Below, one piece after another: positions 53,102 to 64,000 of a stretch of DNA of 64,000 bases (the stretch's first letter is position 1; each line of letters starts with the position of its first letter). The stretch lies in contig NC_087247.1 of assembly GCF_037042905.1 (NCBI RefSeq), forward strand, positions 17,794,001 to 17,858,000, written 5' to 3'. This stretch comes from Lytechinus pictus (lineage: Eukaryota). Both the position numbers and the translations under genes were made by a program. The notes under the pieces were generated by a model that saw only the letters and a program-made list of their open reading frames with translations, was not told where the DNA came from and did no database searches.

Positions 53102-54656
53102 TAATCAATGACACCCATGTAAGTGATTATATTATCAGAGTCTGATCACTGTGAGATGTGAATACATGAACATGTATATCGCATGTCATTGAAAATGATT
53201 ATAAATTTTCTTTTTCCTGTTATCAGGATCAATATTATTGAAACTCCTGTGACAGCACTGGACTGGTCTCAGGGACTTCACTATAGGTCATTAAAACACA
53301 ATAGGTTTCCTGTCTACCAGATGAGCCTCCTTCCTACAAGTTCATGCACTGTGAATAGTGTTTCCTGCAAGAAAATGCAGTCACTGCCATCCTTCGTTTC
53401 TTTATGTGCACTTGATGCAAATTCAACTCCCAAAATTAAGAAACATAACAATTAGAAATTGGTACCCAGTCAATGAATATGACTTTTTTATATTTATAAG
53501 CATTAATTGTTCTTATACATTGTATGTTTTTGTTCTTTACTTACATTTTTTTCCTTTCACTTTGTACATAAATTTGATGTTCATTCCCCCATTGACATTG
53601 TGTACAAATGTCCCATACATATCTACGTAACGTTTTTTTTTTTGAAACTTTTTATGGTATAACATTTCTATACTCAATAAAGAACTTCCTAGAGATGCAA
53701 CAATACAAGTATTGTATTCTGAGAAACAACTTTGAAAAAAAAAATCCTCAAAGTGTTAGATATGGGACATTCCATCCATTGACAATACCTAACTTGCATT
53801 TTCATTCAAGAATAGATGACACCACTTTTTTCCTCCCAAAGTACATGTACATATAATTAAGATGTTGGGGGGTCCACGTCCCACCTATGTTTTGTTTTGA
53901 TTTTCTACGAGTTTTTATAATTGTCCAATATGTAACGTCCATTTTACCAATTATGCAAATTAGGTACCCTAAATTAGCATAAATTTGCATATTATGAAAT
54001 TTCTATTAGTGAAATATTAAAATTCAACATATATGTGCTTTCTTACCCCACCAAAGATAACTTCTTAAAAAAAGAAGAAATTTGGTCTTCTAGGGTGAAC
54101 TTTTCTTGGACTTGCCCTTATACATGTACTTCCCCATGCCAGAAACCCTGATTCACGAGAAACAACATTCTGAAATGCATTTTTTTTCTTAAAGTAGAAA
54201 TATATTGAAAATCCCCAAAATGGCAAATTATATACAAATTGAAGCAGAAAATAAGAAGAACACAATTTATCATGGACAACAAAGAAAGTCTTTTTTTTTA
54301 CTTTTTAGAGTTCTCTCACAGCTTCAAACAGGAAATGCCAGCTGTGAAACTGGGGAGTGTTTCATGAAAGGACATGTTAGACCTTCTATCCAACAAGTCC
54401 CATTTTATCCGACAGTTACCATAGTTACAGTGCTTCTTAGTCAGTCAGAATCAAGGAAAGATATCAGATCTGACAACTTGTCAGACAAAAATGTTGATGA
54501 AACAGGTCTCTTTTTTATGACGTCAATACTTGTTCAATACTCAGGTCAGTACTGGCCCTCTGTGGAAATTGACCATGCGTGCATTGCAGTAGGCTGTGCG
54601 ATTTTTCACTGACATTGATTCACATTTTGTAATCATGCAAATTGAAATAACATATG

Positions 54657-55431
54657 AAGAGCTCACTTTCAAAAGGGGTTATATCCATTTTTCATCAAAT
54701 TTGATTTTTTTTTGTACATGTAAAGATTTTCAGGAGCTCTATATATAAATGATACCAAAATGATTCCCATTAAAAAGTGAACTAAAATGGCAAAGAAAAA
54801 TCACTTTTTTCAAAAGGGGTTAGGTCCATTTCAGTTTGGTTGCAAAAGGGGTTAGGTCCACACAGAATTTTTTTGGAAAAGAATATTAAAAAAAAAATGA
54901 AGACAGGTAGATTTCTTTTATACCCAATTTCATGTTCTCATGGAAGGGTATCATGAAAATTTAGTTTCGCATAGGAATATTGCAATATGGGAGAATTAAA
55001 AAAATGATTTTCTGGGAGTGGACCTAACCCCTTTTGCATCCAAACTCTTCTGAAGAGCTCATTCGTCAAAAGGGGTTAGGTCCATTTTTCATAAATTTTA
55101 TTGTTTTCTGTTTCAAAACCTCTCAATTTTTAGTTGCTCTGATGATACCAAAGACAATTTGAAATTCAAATGAAAATGTGAATAAAAGTGGCAAGGATTT
55201 CAGTTTGCTTAAAGGCTAAGCATTGATGATAATTTTTTTTTATAATTTTTATAGAAAAAAATTGAAGACAGGTAGCTTTCTTTTATACCCAATTTTATGT
55301 TCACATGAATCATGTGGTAGTACATCATGGCAATTTAGTTTCTCATAAGAATATTGCAATAAGTGAGAATAAAAAACATTTTTCTCGGAATGGTCCAAAG
55401 TGGACCTAACCCCTTTTGCAACCAAACTCTT
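54657..55431 (+). repeat. Dispersed repeat/MITE with internal duplications (copy 2)
   Basis: Repeated AAAAGGGGTTAGGTCCA / TGGACCTAACCCCTTTT. Colinear with 1735-2378. Confidence 0.85.
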
Positions 55432-56281
55432 GAGCAGTAGCATTATGAGAGATAATACGTAGACCCACTTCCATTAGGATACAATCTATTACGTTGCAAA
55501 CTCCAAATGAATAACAATTACTATAGATCTACTAACTTTACATGTACATCGCACAGTCCATTGCAATCCTCGGCAAAATACTACCAACTATGACTACACT
55601 GTAGACTCTAGTTGCTTCTAACGTTAGTTATTTTTCACTGTTTATGATCACAAATGAAATTATATATATTAGATGGATTGATTGAAATCAATTTCTACCT
55701 TAGTGTTGTCCTTCACTGTAAAAAGATGTTTTATACGATGACAATGAAATGTTTTTGTGCACACTATGAGCTGTAGCACAGCAGCTAGCTGTAGATAGCT
55801 GCACGTGCAGCTAAGCAGCTATCTCTTGTTTACATCTAGCTAGCTGGTCATCTAATTTTAATTTACCTCAAATATTTGATTCAACAAAGTATTAGTCATA
55901 ATGAAAAAATAATTTTAATTGTAACTTTATTTTTATATGAAAAAAGAATTCACTGAATTGTGTAATTTTGTCAGAATAATGATATCAAAATTTGATCAAT
56001 CAGGTCAACCGAGTATCTTTCCCATGCGTGAAGTTCACTTTCTCTCGGTGCATATTGTCTGCTGTAAGTCGTGAGTTGATTTGGATACATAAATTATTTG
56101 GTTCGGACATAATATTTTTACTTTTTTTAAGTACACTGCAAGCATTATTTTCAATTATTATTTTTTATTATATTTCAAAATAAATTTGTTGAGTGAGTGA
56201 AGAGACTCTGTCGTGGACTTAATTTTTATTGATTTGGTGGTGAATGTGAGATGATGTACGACAGGGGTTCGTCCCACTCAC

Positions 56282-56540
56282 CATCACTGGCCTAATTCCC
56301 CTAATTTTCCTTCTTCCACGTCGCTTTGTTGTTCACTAGAGCAAGAATCTTCATCATCAATATCTTCTTCTTCTTCAACAACATTTATTTCGAAATCGAA
56401 ATCTCGATATAACTTCTGGGTTTTCTTCCACTTCGTGACCAAACTATTCAGTGACAGTGTGGAGGAAATCGTACATACCCTAACATTTGCAATAGGTTTT
56501 GCACGCGAGTGGAGCTTGATGTGGGAGAGCCAATCAGGTC
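56282..56540 (-). promoter_or_regulatory. Candidate internal promoter and alternative first exon in the ZnT intron
   Basis: AGCCAATCAG (CCAAT 56530-56534), MRE core TGCACGC (56500-56506), locally retained CpGs, and a strong donor ATG|GTGAGT at 56282/56281. Confidence 0.45.
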
Positions 56541-56889
56541 TCTTGTACAAGCATGCTTTTGAATTCAAGTCGATTCAGAGACCGATTTGAGGCATATTTC
56601 GGAGAGGCATTTTAGCGCTTTTTTATTGGCGATTTCCACCTTTTGTATTTTTTTTTTTTTTTCAAATGACATAATGATAATCCCCACGTCCTTACCTTTC
56701 CATTGATATATAATAAGATCATATTCATAATATTTCTCCTCAGCGTTCTGAAACATTAAAGAAGAAAATAAGCAAGGATGCAACCATGTTTGTAACTAAA
56801 TAAACTAAGTCTAATCACATATGAAAATGCCGATTCTGGCCTGAAAAGTGGACACATTAAACACACCCATAATTTACTGACTGTTCAGT

Positions 56890-57486
56890 CCGGGGGGAGG
56901 GGGAGTCAAATATATTGCTGTACATGTACACACGCGTGACTAAAAAAACACGTTTAAAGGGGTGTTTTTTTCAGTTTTTGACGCGGGCCGCGCGTGCACT
57001 CGTTAAGGGTATCAAAAACACTGAATTTCAAAAATAAGGTTGGCTTTGAAAGACTGGTCAATGGTCAATCACGGGGTCAAACATATTTAGGGTATGTTTT
57101 TTTTCCAAAGCTTTTTTTTCTAAGACTAGCCAAACGTATTTAGGGTATGTTTCTCCCAAGCTTTTTCCTCTTCGTTTCAGATAAGTGTTCAGGTTCTTCG
57201 TGATTGTGGTATTTTAACCCTAACTGCACTGGGGGGTATGCAATACCCATGAATATAGTTTTGTCTATATTTAAATGTATTTATAGCAAGAAGACAAAAC
57301 TTGTTTAGGGGGCATTTTCTGGCGACAAGGGGGGCCGAAATTAAGGGGGCCGAAATGTGTTAATGAAGCTCGCGAAAAACTTGTTTAGAGGGTTATTTTG
57401 CACACAGAAAAAAACTAGTTTAGGGGGTGTTTGGAAATAATTTGGCCACGCGTGTGTACAGTAATACATTTGACTGGCCCCACGGG
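56890..57486. mobile_element. MITE with CCGGGG termini (partial copy at ~10490-10535)
   Basis: AGTCAAATATATTGCTG..CACACGCGTG is mirrored by CACGCGTGTGTACAGTAATACATTTGACT. Confidence 0.8.
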
Positions 57487-60263
57487 TGTTCAGCACACTG
57501 GGGGATTTGAACCAATTTCAGATATGAAAATCTGCTACCATCAGTAATAGTAGTGCATGCACACTTGTACAAGAAGTTGTAGTATCATCATCATATTTCC
57601 CAGAAAATCCAAACTGCATATGTATATTTGGCAATTGGTGACCCAGGTGAGGATGCACCCCCTACAGTTGCATGAACACCATTAGTGACTTTCATGGATA
57701 ATTAAATTATACAAGCTGTGTGCAAAACCTATGACCAAGGGTAGTGTGCAATACCTGTGTGTTTACCCAACAAATAATACCCTGACTACTCCTCAATCAG
57801 AGAATTGTATTATTGTAGAGTGAAAAGAAGCACTTCTTTTTCACATACTGTGTATCTCCAGGTATATATTCATTCTGATGAGATTCATACATGCATGCAC
57901 ATTTTACTCCATTATTAAAGCAGTTGTTGATTGCTATGACCTGATGGGTCATTAAAATGGGCAAGAACAAATGACTTCATTTCCGCATCAATGTAAAATT
58001 TTCTCAAAATTGTTGCACCCTTTACTAAAACAGATATTCCATGCAATGTGCAAAAAGTCTGTAAGCAAACAACAGCCCTGGAATACAAAATTTTCTGCAA
58101 TACCTTTCAAAATGTGATTGTTATTTATAAAACATGAATAATCTGTTTCATGGACTACCTCTAGTCTGCAGGCACAGAACCTGTTTGAAACTTTGATCAA
58201 CAAAGTGTGTCTCCACACAAAGACTTGCACATACAAAACTTGCTGTTTTAAGGGGGCCTTCAGTACACAAGGCATGAGTAGGCTACAATTCAGACCCTTT
58301 ACTCGAGTGAAGGGTTTGCACAGCAAACTAGACTACCTCCCACTTTTGCAGACGAAACTAACTTTTGCATCTGGTCAGAGCACACATCATAACAAATACG
58401 GTGTAAGGCTAATAATCCTGGACTTTGATTAGCTCTGTATTTGCCAATCAGCTATTTGTTTTATATTGAGCCATATATCTTTATCACATTGAGTATCAAG
58501 GTAAATATTGGGGAAAAGATACTTTTGTAGTCTATTTGATGCATGGGAGGGGGGCACTGAACTTATATTTTGATGGGGGTGTGCCCCAAAAAACCTGGAA
58601 AAGGGGGTTAAGAAACTCTGTAACTAAATATATACCAGGCAGTGTGAAAAATAGGATCTACAGAACAGGATCACGGTACTGTACTGTACAATGTACATGT
58701 AGCTAGGTACGGTACACGCTCGCGCTGTGCATGTATAGCTAGCCATGCATTAATGTAGTAACTACGTACAAATTGGAGAGATTTGTGAAGCAGTGCGTGC
58801 AGCTACCTTTGCAATGCTCACGCTAGACAATTTTGGCAGGTGGGGAACAGAGATGTTTTGTAACAGGGGTCTTGCGAGTGGGACGTGGCAGCTTCTAAAC
58901 AGAACTTGTCATTCGGAGTATCTCTAAAACTGAAAATTAGGTCTGAAATAGGGGGTCATCAAAGCGACACCTCCCACCAATGTATGTGAGTGCCCCCCCC
59001 CCCCCCGCCATAATCACGGTCATGTATTTTTGCATGACATAAAAAGGAAACACTTTTCATGTGCTGATAAATCTGAAGGCTGAGAAAATAATAAGAAATT
59101 GTGATATGAACGAAATTACACACATGAAAGCTGTACTAAGTACTAAATTCCACTATTGACTGAAAAACAGATATTTAGAGCAACCAATCAACAACAACAA
59201 CAAAAAAACATACAAAGAAGAAATGAATAGATTAAATGCAATTTGGCATAGGACAAGCATTAATATATTGGATATATTGGTTGGATAATAGATGGCCTGA
59301 TGTCACTAGCTGGCATCTGATCTGACCTTTTGACCTGAATCAGCATGCTAAAATTGAGAGCTTGATTAAAAAAACAAAAATTGGATGAATGTACAAGAGT
59401 AACCTTTCATTCATATTAGCATTTTTATGACATCATTGTCCCACTGATCATTTGTTTATTCTGGCCAATTCCATTCATCAATTCTCTTCTATTGTCTTCA
59501 CAGGATGATCGCAGGGGGGATCCTTAGTTTCTGGGTCAAAGTTACATGTAAATCACCGGATTCTCTGACAATTATTAACTACATCTCCAAACCCCATTCA
59601 ATTTCGGTAAGTCCTGAAAATCTGAAAGACAGTGTTTTGCACTTATTCATGTTGTCTTCCACTGGAAATTGAAAAAAAAATTAAATTCACAATCTAGAGT
59701 GGAAATCAAGAAAATTATTAATCTTTTCTACACGTGTACAAACAAACCTATGTAACCATAACCCTCTTGACAGAGTGTGACCTCATTTTTGTACCAAAAG
59801 ATGGATTATCTCATTCTCATTATGATTAAGCCTACCAGTAGCTCATTCGCTCTTCTTCATTACTTTCCAGAGTTTCCACATTTTAGTGCAATTATTTTTA
59901 CTCTACATGTACATGTACATACATGTACGAGAACCAACTTGCAAGAACCATCAATACCAGATAAACTACATGTATATTATGCCCAGCCATGAATATTTAG
60001 TAACTTTTGTTTTATTGTCCAAAGTTGCTGTTTCAAGAACAATACTGTTATTAATTTTTCAACTGAAAAAGTATGCAGTATGCAGACTTGACATCAATAA
60101 AAATAAAATCTTGATCTGTATTACAGAACTTACTGTGAAAGAGCCATTATTTTCACAGCAAACTTAAATACATGTAAGATTTCAGTTTAATTGAATTTTA
60201 TCTCATCTAAAATTACAAAAAAAAAAAAAATAATTGAACAAACAGAATATCTACAGTAAATTT

Positions 60264-61292
60264 AAACAAGTGGAATGCCTCTGGCCGTCTCACCTGCATC
60301 ACGCGATTCAATATAGCAGCAGTGCTGATTTTGAAAACTACTATAACTCGCACAAGATGTTCAGTGATACATGTACTTGGCTTTGGGCCTAATGGGAAAA
60401 GCGCAGTACAAATAATAAGTAATAATAAATAATAATAATAATACTCTTATTTCCACGTTTTATGAACTAGACCAATACACTTATAGAGATATGATGGCAA
60501 TTCAACAAATACCCCCAACGTGGCCAAAGTTCTTTGACCTTACATGACCTTTGACCTTGATCATGTGACCTGAAACTCGCACAGGATGTTCAGTGATACT
60601 TGATTACTATTATGTCCAAGTTTTATGAACTAGACCAACACACTTTCAAATTTATGGCTGTAATTCAACAAATACCCCAATTTGGCCAAAGTTCATTGAC
60701 CCTAAATGACCTTTGACCTTGATCATGTGACCTGAAACTTGCACAGGATGTTCAGTAATACTTGATTACTATTATGTCCAAGTTTCATGAATCAGATCCA
60801 TAAACTTTCAAAGTTATGATGGTAATTCAACAGATACCCCCAATTCGGCCAAAGTTCATTGACCCTAAATGACCTTTGACCTTGGTCATGTGACGTGAAA
60901 CTCATGCAGGATGTTCAGTGATACTTGATTGACCTTATGTATAAGTTTCATGAACTAGGTCCATATATTTTCTAAGTTATGATGACATTTCAAAAACTTA
61001 ACCTTAGGTTAAGATTTTGATGTTGATTCCCCCAACATGGTCTAAGTTCATTGACCCTAAATGACCTTTGACCTTGGTCATGTGACATGAAACTCAGGCA
61101 GGATGTTCAGTAATACTTGATTAACCTTATGGCCAAGTTTCATGAACTAGGTCCATATACTTTTTAAGTTATGCTGTCATTTCAAAAACTTAACCTCAGG
61201 TTAAGATTTGGTGTTGACGCCGCCGCCGTCGCCGCCGCCGTCGGAAAAGCGGCGCCTATAGTCTCACTCTGCTATGCAGGTGAGACAAAAAA
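60264..61292 (-). mobile_element. Non-autonomous Helentron/HINE-like element with internal tandem repeats
   Basis: AAACAAG at one end and an A-tract at the other. Subterminal inverted repeat GTCTCACCTGCAT (60287-60299) / ATGCAGGTGAGAC (61274-61286), a (GCC)n tract, and four ~165-190-bp TGACC-rich units. Confidence 0.75.
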
Positions 61293-62682
61293 TGAATAAG
61301 AATCATTTGTTTTAAAGTAGATTTGACATTGAATGGTAAAATTTCAGATAGATACATGTAGGTCTTTGCATGAAAAAGTTTATTTCAAGTGGCATTGTGA
61401 CTGAGTTTTTCTGTTTACATGTACATGTAATTTTGGGAATCAACTCTCACAAAATATGAAATATTGACAGGAAATCAATTTTCTGCATATTTCATGATAG
61501 CATGTACATGTATCAAAATTAGTGAAACAATCTAAACCATGGGGCTTTGTCTCCGGCCCGCATGCTCAAATTGATGTATGTTAAACATGTAGACATGAAA
61601 ATACTATCTCTATGTTCCAATCTTTTTAGATGGAAAGACATAGTTTCACTGCATTTTCCATTGATCTAATAGAATTTTCAGTGAAGTATGGTAGTTGATT
61701 GCATCACCAAACACTTTTCATGAATTCAATCATATCAAACACACTCTCATAAAATTTACAAAATTTTCACCATAAATACACTAATACCTACAAAATATAA
61801 TTATGCAAAAAAATGTTTACGAAATCGTTTTTCTTTTTTACAATATCAGCTTCCAATTGGACCCCTCTCCGCATGTGAAATATTTTGGTCACTAAAAAAA
61901 GGTATCGTATTACCGAACGTGTGTTTGTATGGGAAATGTTGAGAAAACAACATAATCACTGATGAGCTATTTCAACCAATTTTTTTTTTTTTTTTGAGAA
62001 CATAAAGACTTTGAAAATGTGTTTTTAATCATTTTTCATCATCTTTCTATTCAAGTTCCCTTTGGAAGGATGTTGCAAGGTTTTGAGCATATGAAATTAT
62101 TTTCTGATGCGTATTATGCACGCGTTCGGTAATACAAGGCCAGTCGGTAATGCAATCACTCCCTATATACACATTCTATCTATTATTCATTTCAAGACAG
62201 TATGATATGAATTTGGAAAATTTCGACAATTTCATGGGGGCAGGCATGGTTTCTTTTAAAAACTTTTTTCTTTTCTCTTTTTGCCCACAGTTTATTCATG
62301 ATGTTTTTAAGCCTGTCTATTTGGTCTATTTGGTAAAAGGGTCAGACTCAGTATACTCAAGCATCACCGAACGTTACAATATTACAGTAGAAGTACGATC
62401 TTCATTGAATGCAATTTTATACGCACTGACGATCTACATGTACCATGTTTGATTAAAGCTCCGCCCATCAAGCCATGAACTATACTGTACGATTGTACAG
62501 CTCGGGATATTACCAGCTTGTGACATCAGATGTCAGGATTCATAGCATTGCTAAATTTGCAACGTTGGTTGGAACTATCTTTGGTCACATGACAGAGTTT
62601 AGACCAATCACTTGTTCCGAAGCCCTTTCCGAGGACCCTCCTTTTTACAATAAGCCTGCTCCAGAGCCCCCGTTTTTCCCAA

Positions 62683-63725
62683 GGGGGGGTCACTCACCAC
62701 ATGGACTGCTACCCACCCGTATCCGACAACCTCAGAAATGCACCCTAAACGGCGTAACTACATTAACTATAAAATTTGCAACCCTAAATGGCGTAACCCA
62801 TGAGAAAAACCACCGTAAGTGGCGATAACAGGAATAAGCCCCTAATTTGATACCCAAAGTGGCGTAAACATCGAAATTGATTTATTTGATACCATACTGA
62901 TTACTGATGTTAAATTGATGTTACATACAACAGGTATAAATTTTTGGCATTAAAAAAAAAAGTTATTGCAAGTAAGGCCAGAATATGACACCTCTCTTTT
63001 CCACTTTGAATAGCCATCTTTTAGCCTAAATTAATGAATGCAAGTGAAAAATGTTGCTTGCCTTGACTGACTGATGCATCACTTACCATTCGTTTTATCA
63101 ATTTCATCAAAACTTGAAAAATGGAATCCATACCAGTTAATTAATGTGTTGAAAAATACATAAAACATGTATCTTCTTTTTTTGGTTTTAATTGATAATA
63201 AAAGAAAAAAATTCAATATAGGAATCCCCAGTATGAATCAAACAAAATGGTATAGAAAAATAGGCCTAAACCCTAGGCGTGCTGCCTAGTATAGAGCCGG
63301 GTGTAAGACTAGAGACTATACTGTACGGGGGTATTCTCTCATAAGTGATGCACTGGCCAGCGTGTGCGAGGATTATTTTGTATCCCTTAAAATCACGTCC
63401 TTCATGGTGTTTATGGCTTAGGTGTTAGGTCTGCTCCAAAATCTAAAATTTGCTAAATGGCGTAGATCTATTCATATTTGCACCCTTCAATGGCTTCATC
63501 TTCATAGCCAAATAAGCAACCCTAAATGGCGTGAAGAGAGACTCAGAGAGAGAAAAGCAAAAGGCTACCCTAATAAAAGGCGATTTACCAGCGAATGGTG
63601 CTGAAAATAAATGCAACCCTTTTTGCCAGACGTCGACGACGCCCGAGTGCCTGAAACGGGACCCTTTTCAACGCTCTTTCTGGACGCGGGTGCGTAGCAG
63701 TCCATGTGGAGAGTGACCCCCCCAC
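62683..63725. mobile_element. Non-autonomous TIR element
   Basis: GGGGGTCACTCACCACATGGACTGCTAC ... GTAGCAGTCCATGTGGAGAGTGACCCCC, with internal CCCTAAATGGCGT repeats. Confidence 0.8.
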
Positions 63726-63917
63726 CCCACGGGCGTTTTTTGTCTTGCCCGTGGCACATACCTACCACTTTTTGGTCGAGTACCCCCCAAGAATCAGGTA
63801 AACCAAATTAGATTCAAAGACAAAGTTGAGGCTTGAGTCTGACTTGACAGGGAAATTATAAACAAACTGACAAATGTACAGAAAACCATCATACTTCTCT
63901 TGCAAACTGATACTTAC

Positions 63918-64000
63918 CAACCACTTCTGCTATCATAAACATGACACTGACACAACAAGCAATTATCAACTGTTTTTGTGCCCGTGAGTTACTTGTGTCC
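63918..64000 (-). CDS. SLC30A2: ZnT2/ZnT8-like zinc transporter (SLC30/CDF family), TM1 exon, partial (runs off window)
   Basis: Reverse strand reads DTSNSRAQKQLIIACCVSVMFMIAEVV-G, the TM1 of ZnT2/3/4/8. It ends at a G|GTAAGT donor (GT at 63917-63916), phase 1, compatible with the exon starting at 49519. Confidence 0.9.

Noticed and set aside
56284-56568. 94-aa acidic ORF as a nested protein-coding gene
   Set aside because: Non-ATG start, low complexity, and a stop just before the donor. Better treated as possible 5' UTR sequence.
34079-62445. CpG deamination as the sole origin of TACATGTA
   Set aside because: At three or more sites, paired repeat copies differ by a clean 6-bp insertion at TA, which substitution cannot produce. 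Deamination may still contribute some copies.

Overview
AT-rich, repeat-dense animal genomic DNA. The SINE and MITE repertoire suggests a sea urchin or other echinoderm (inference). Two host genes lie on the minus strand. The first is a ZnT2/ZnT8-type SLC30 zinc transporter, for which seven coding exons can be spliced in frame by hand (63918-64000, 49373-49519, 48429-48582, 45500-45713, 38841-38946, 37156-37290, 32090-32232); its 5' end lies beyond the window and it may have a ~7 kb 3' UTR. The second is the first coding exon of a natriuretic-peptide-receptor/receptor guanylyl cyclase-like gene (9556-10222). Between and within the genes are an intact DD34E Tc1 transposon, a decayed CR1/L2-clade LINE with a SINE inserted in its endonuclease region, several tRNA-derived SINEs, many non-autonomous DNA elements, and a 142-N assembly gap. 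Three observations stand out. (a) The zinc-transporter introns are dense in TACATGTA and related TA-x-TA motifs; paired repeat copies show these are insertions at TA sites, consistent with cut-and-paste excision footprints. (b) A candidate internal promoter and first exon with a CCAAT box and clustered metal-response elements sits in the largest ZnT intron. (c) The Tc1 element has triplicated its own start-codon region, creating two uORFs. All coordinates and counts were made by eye and no database searches were run.
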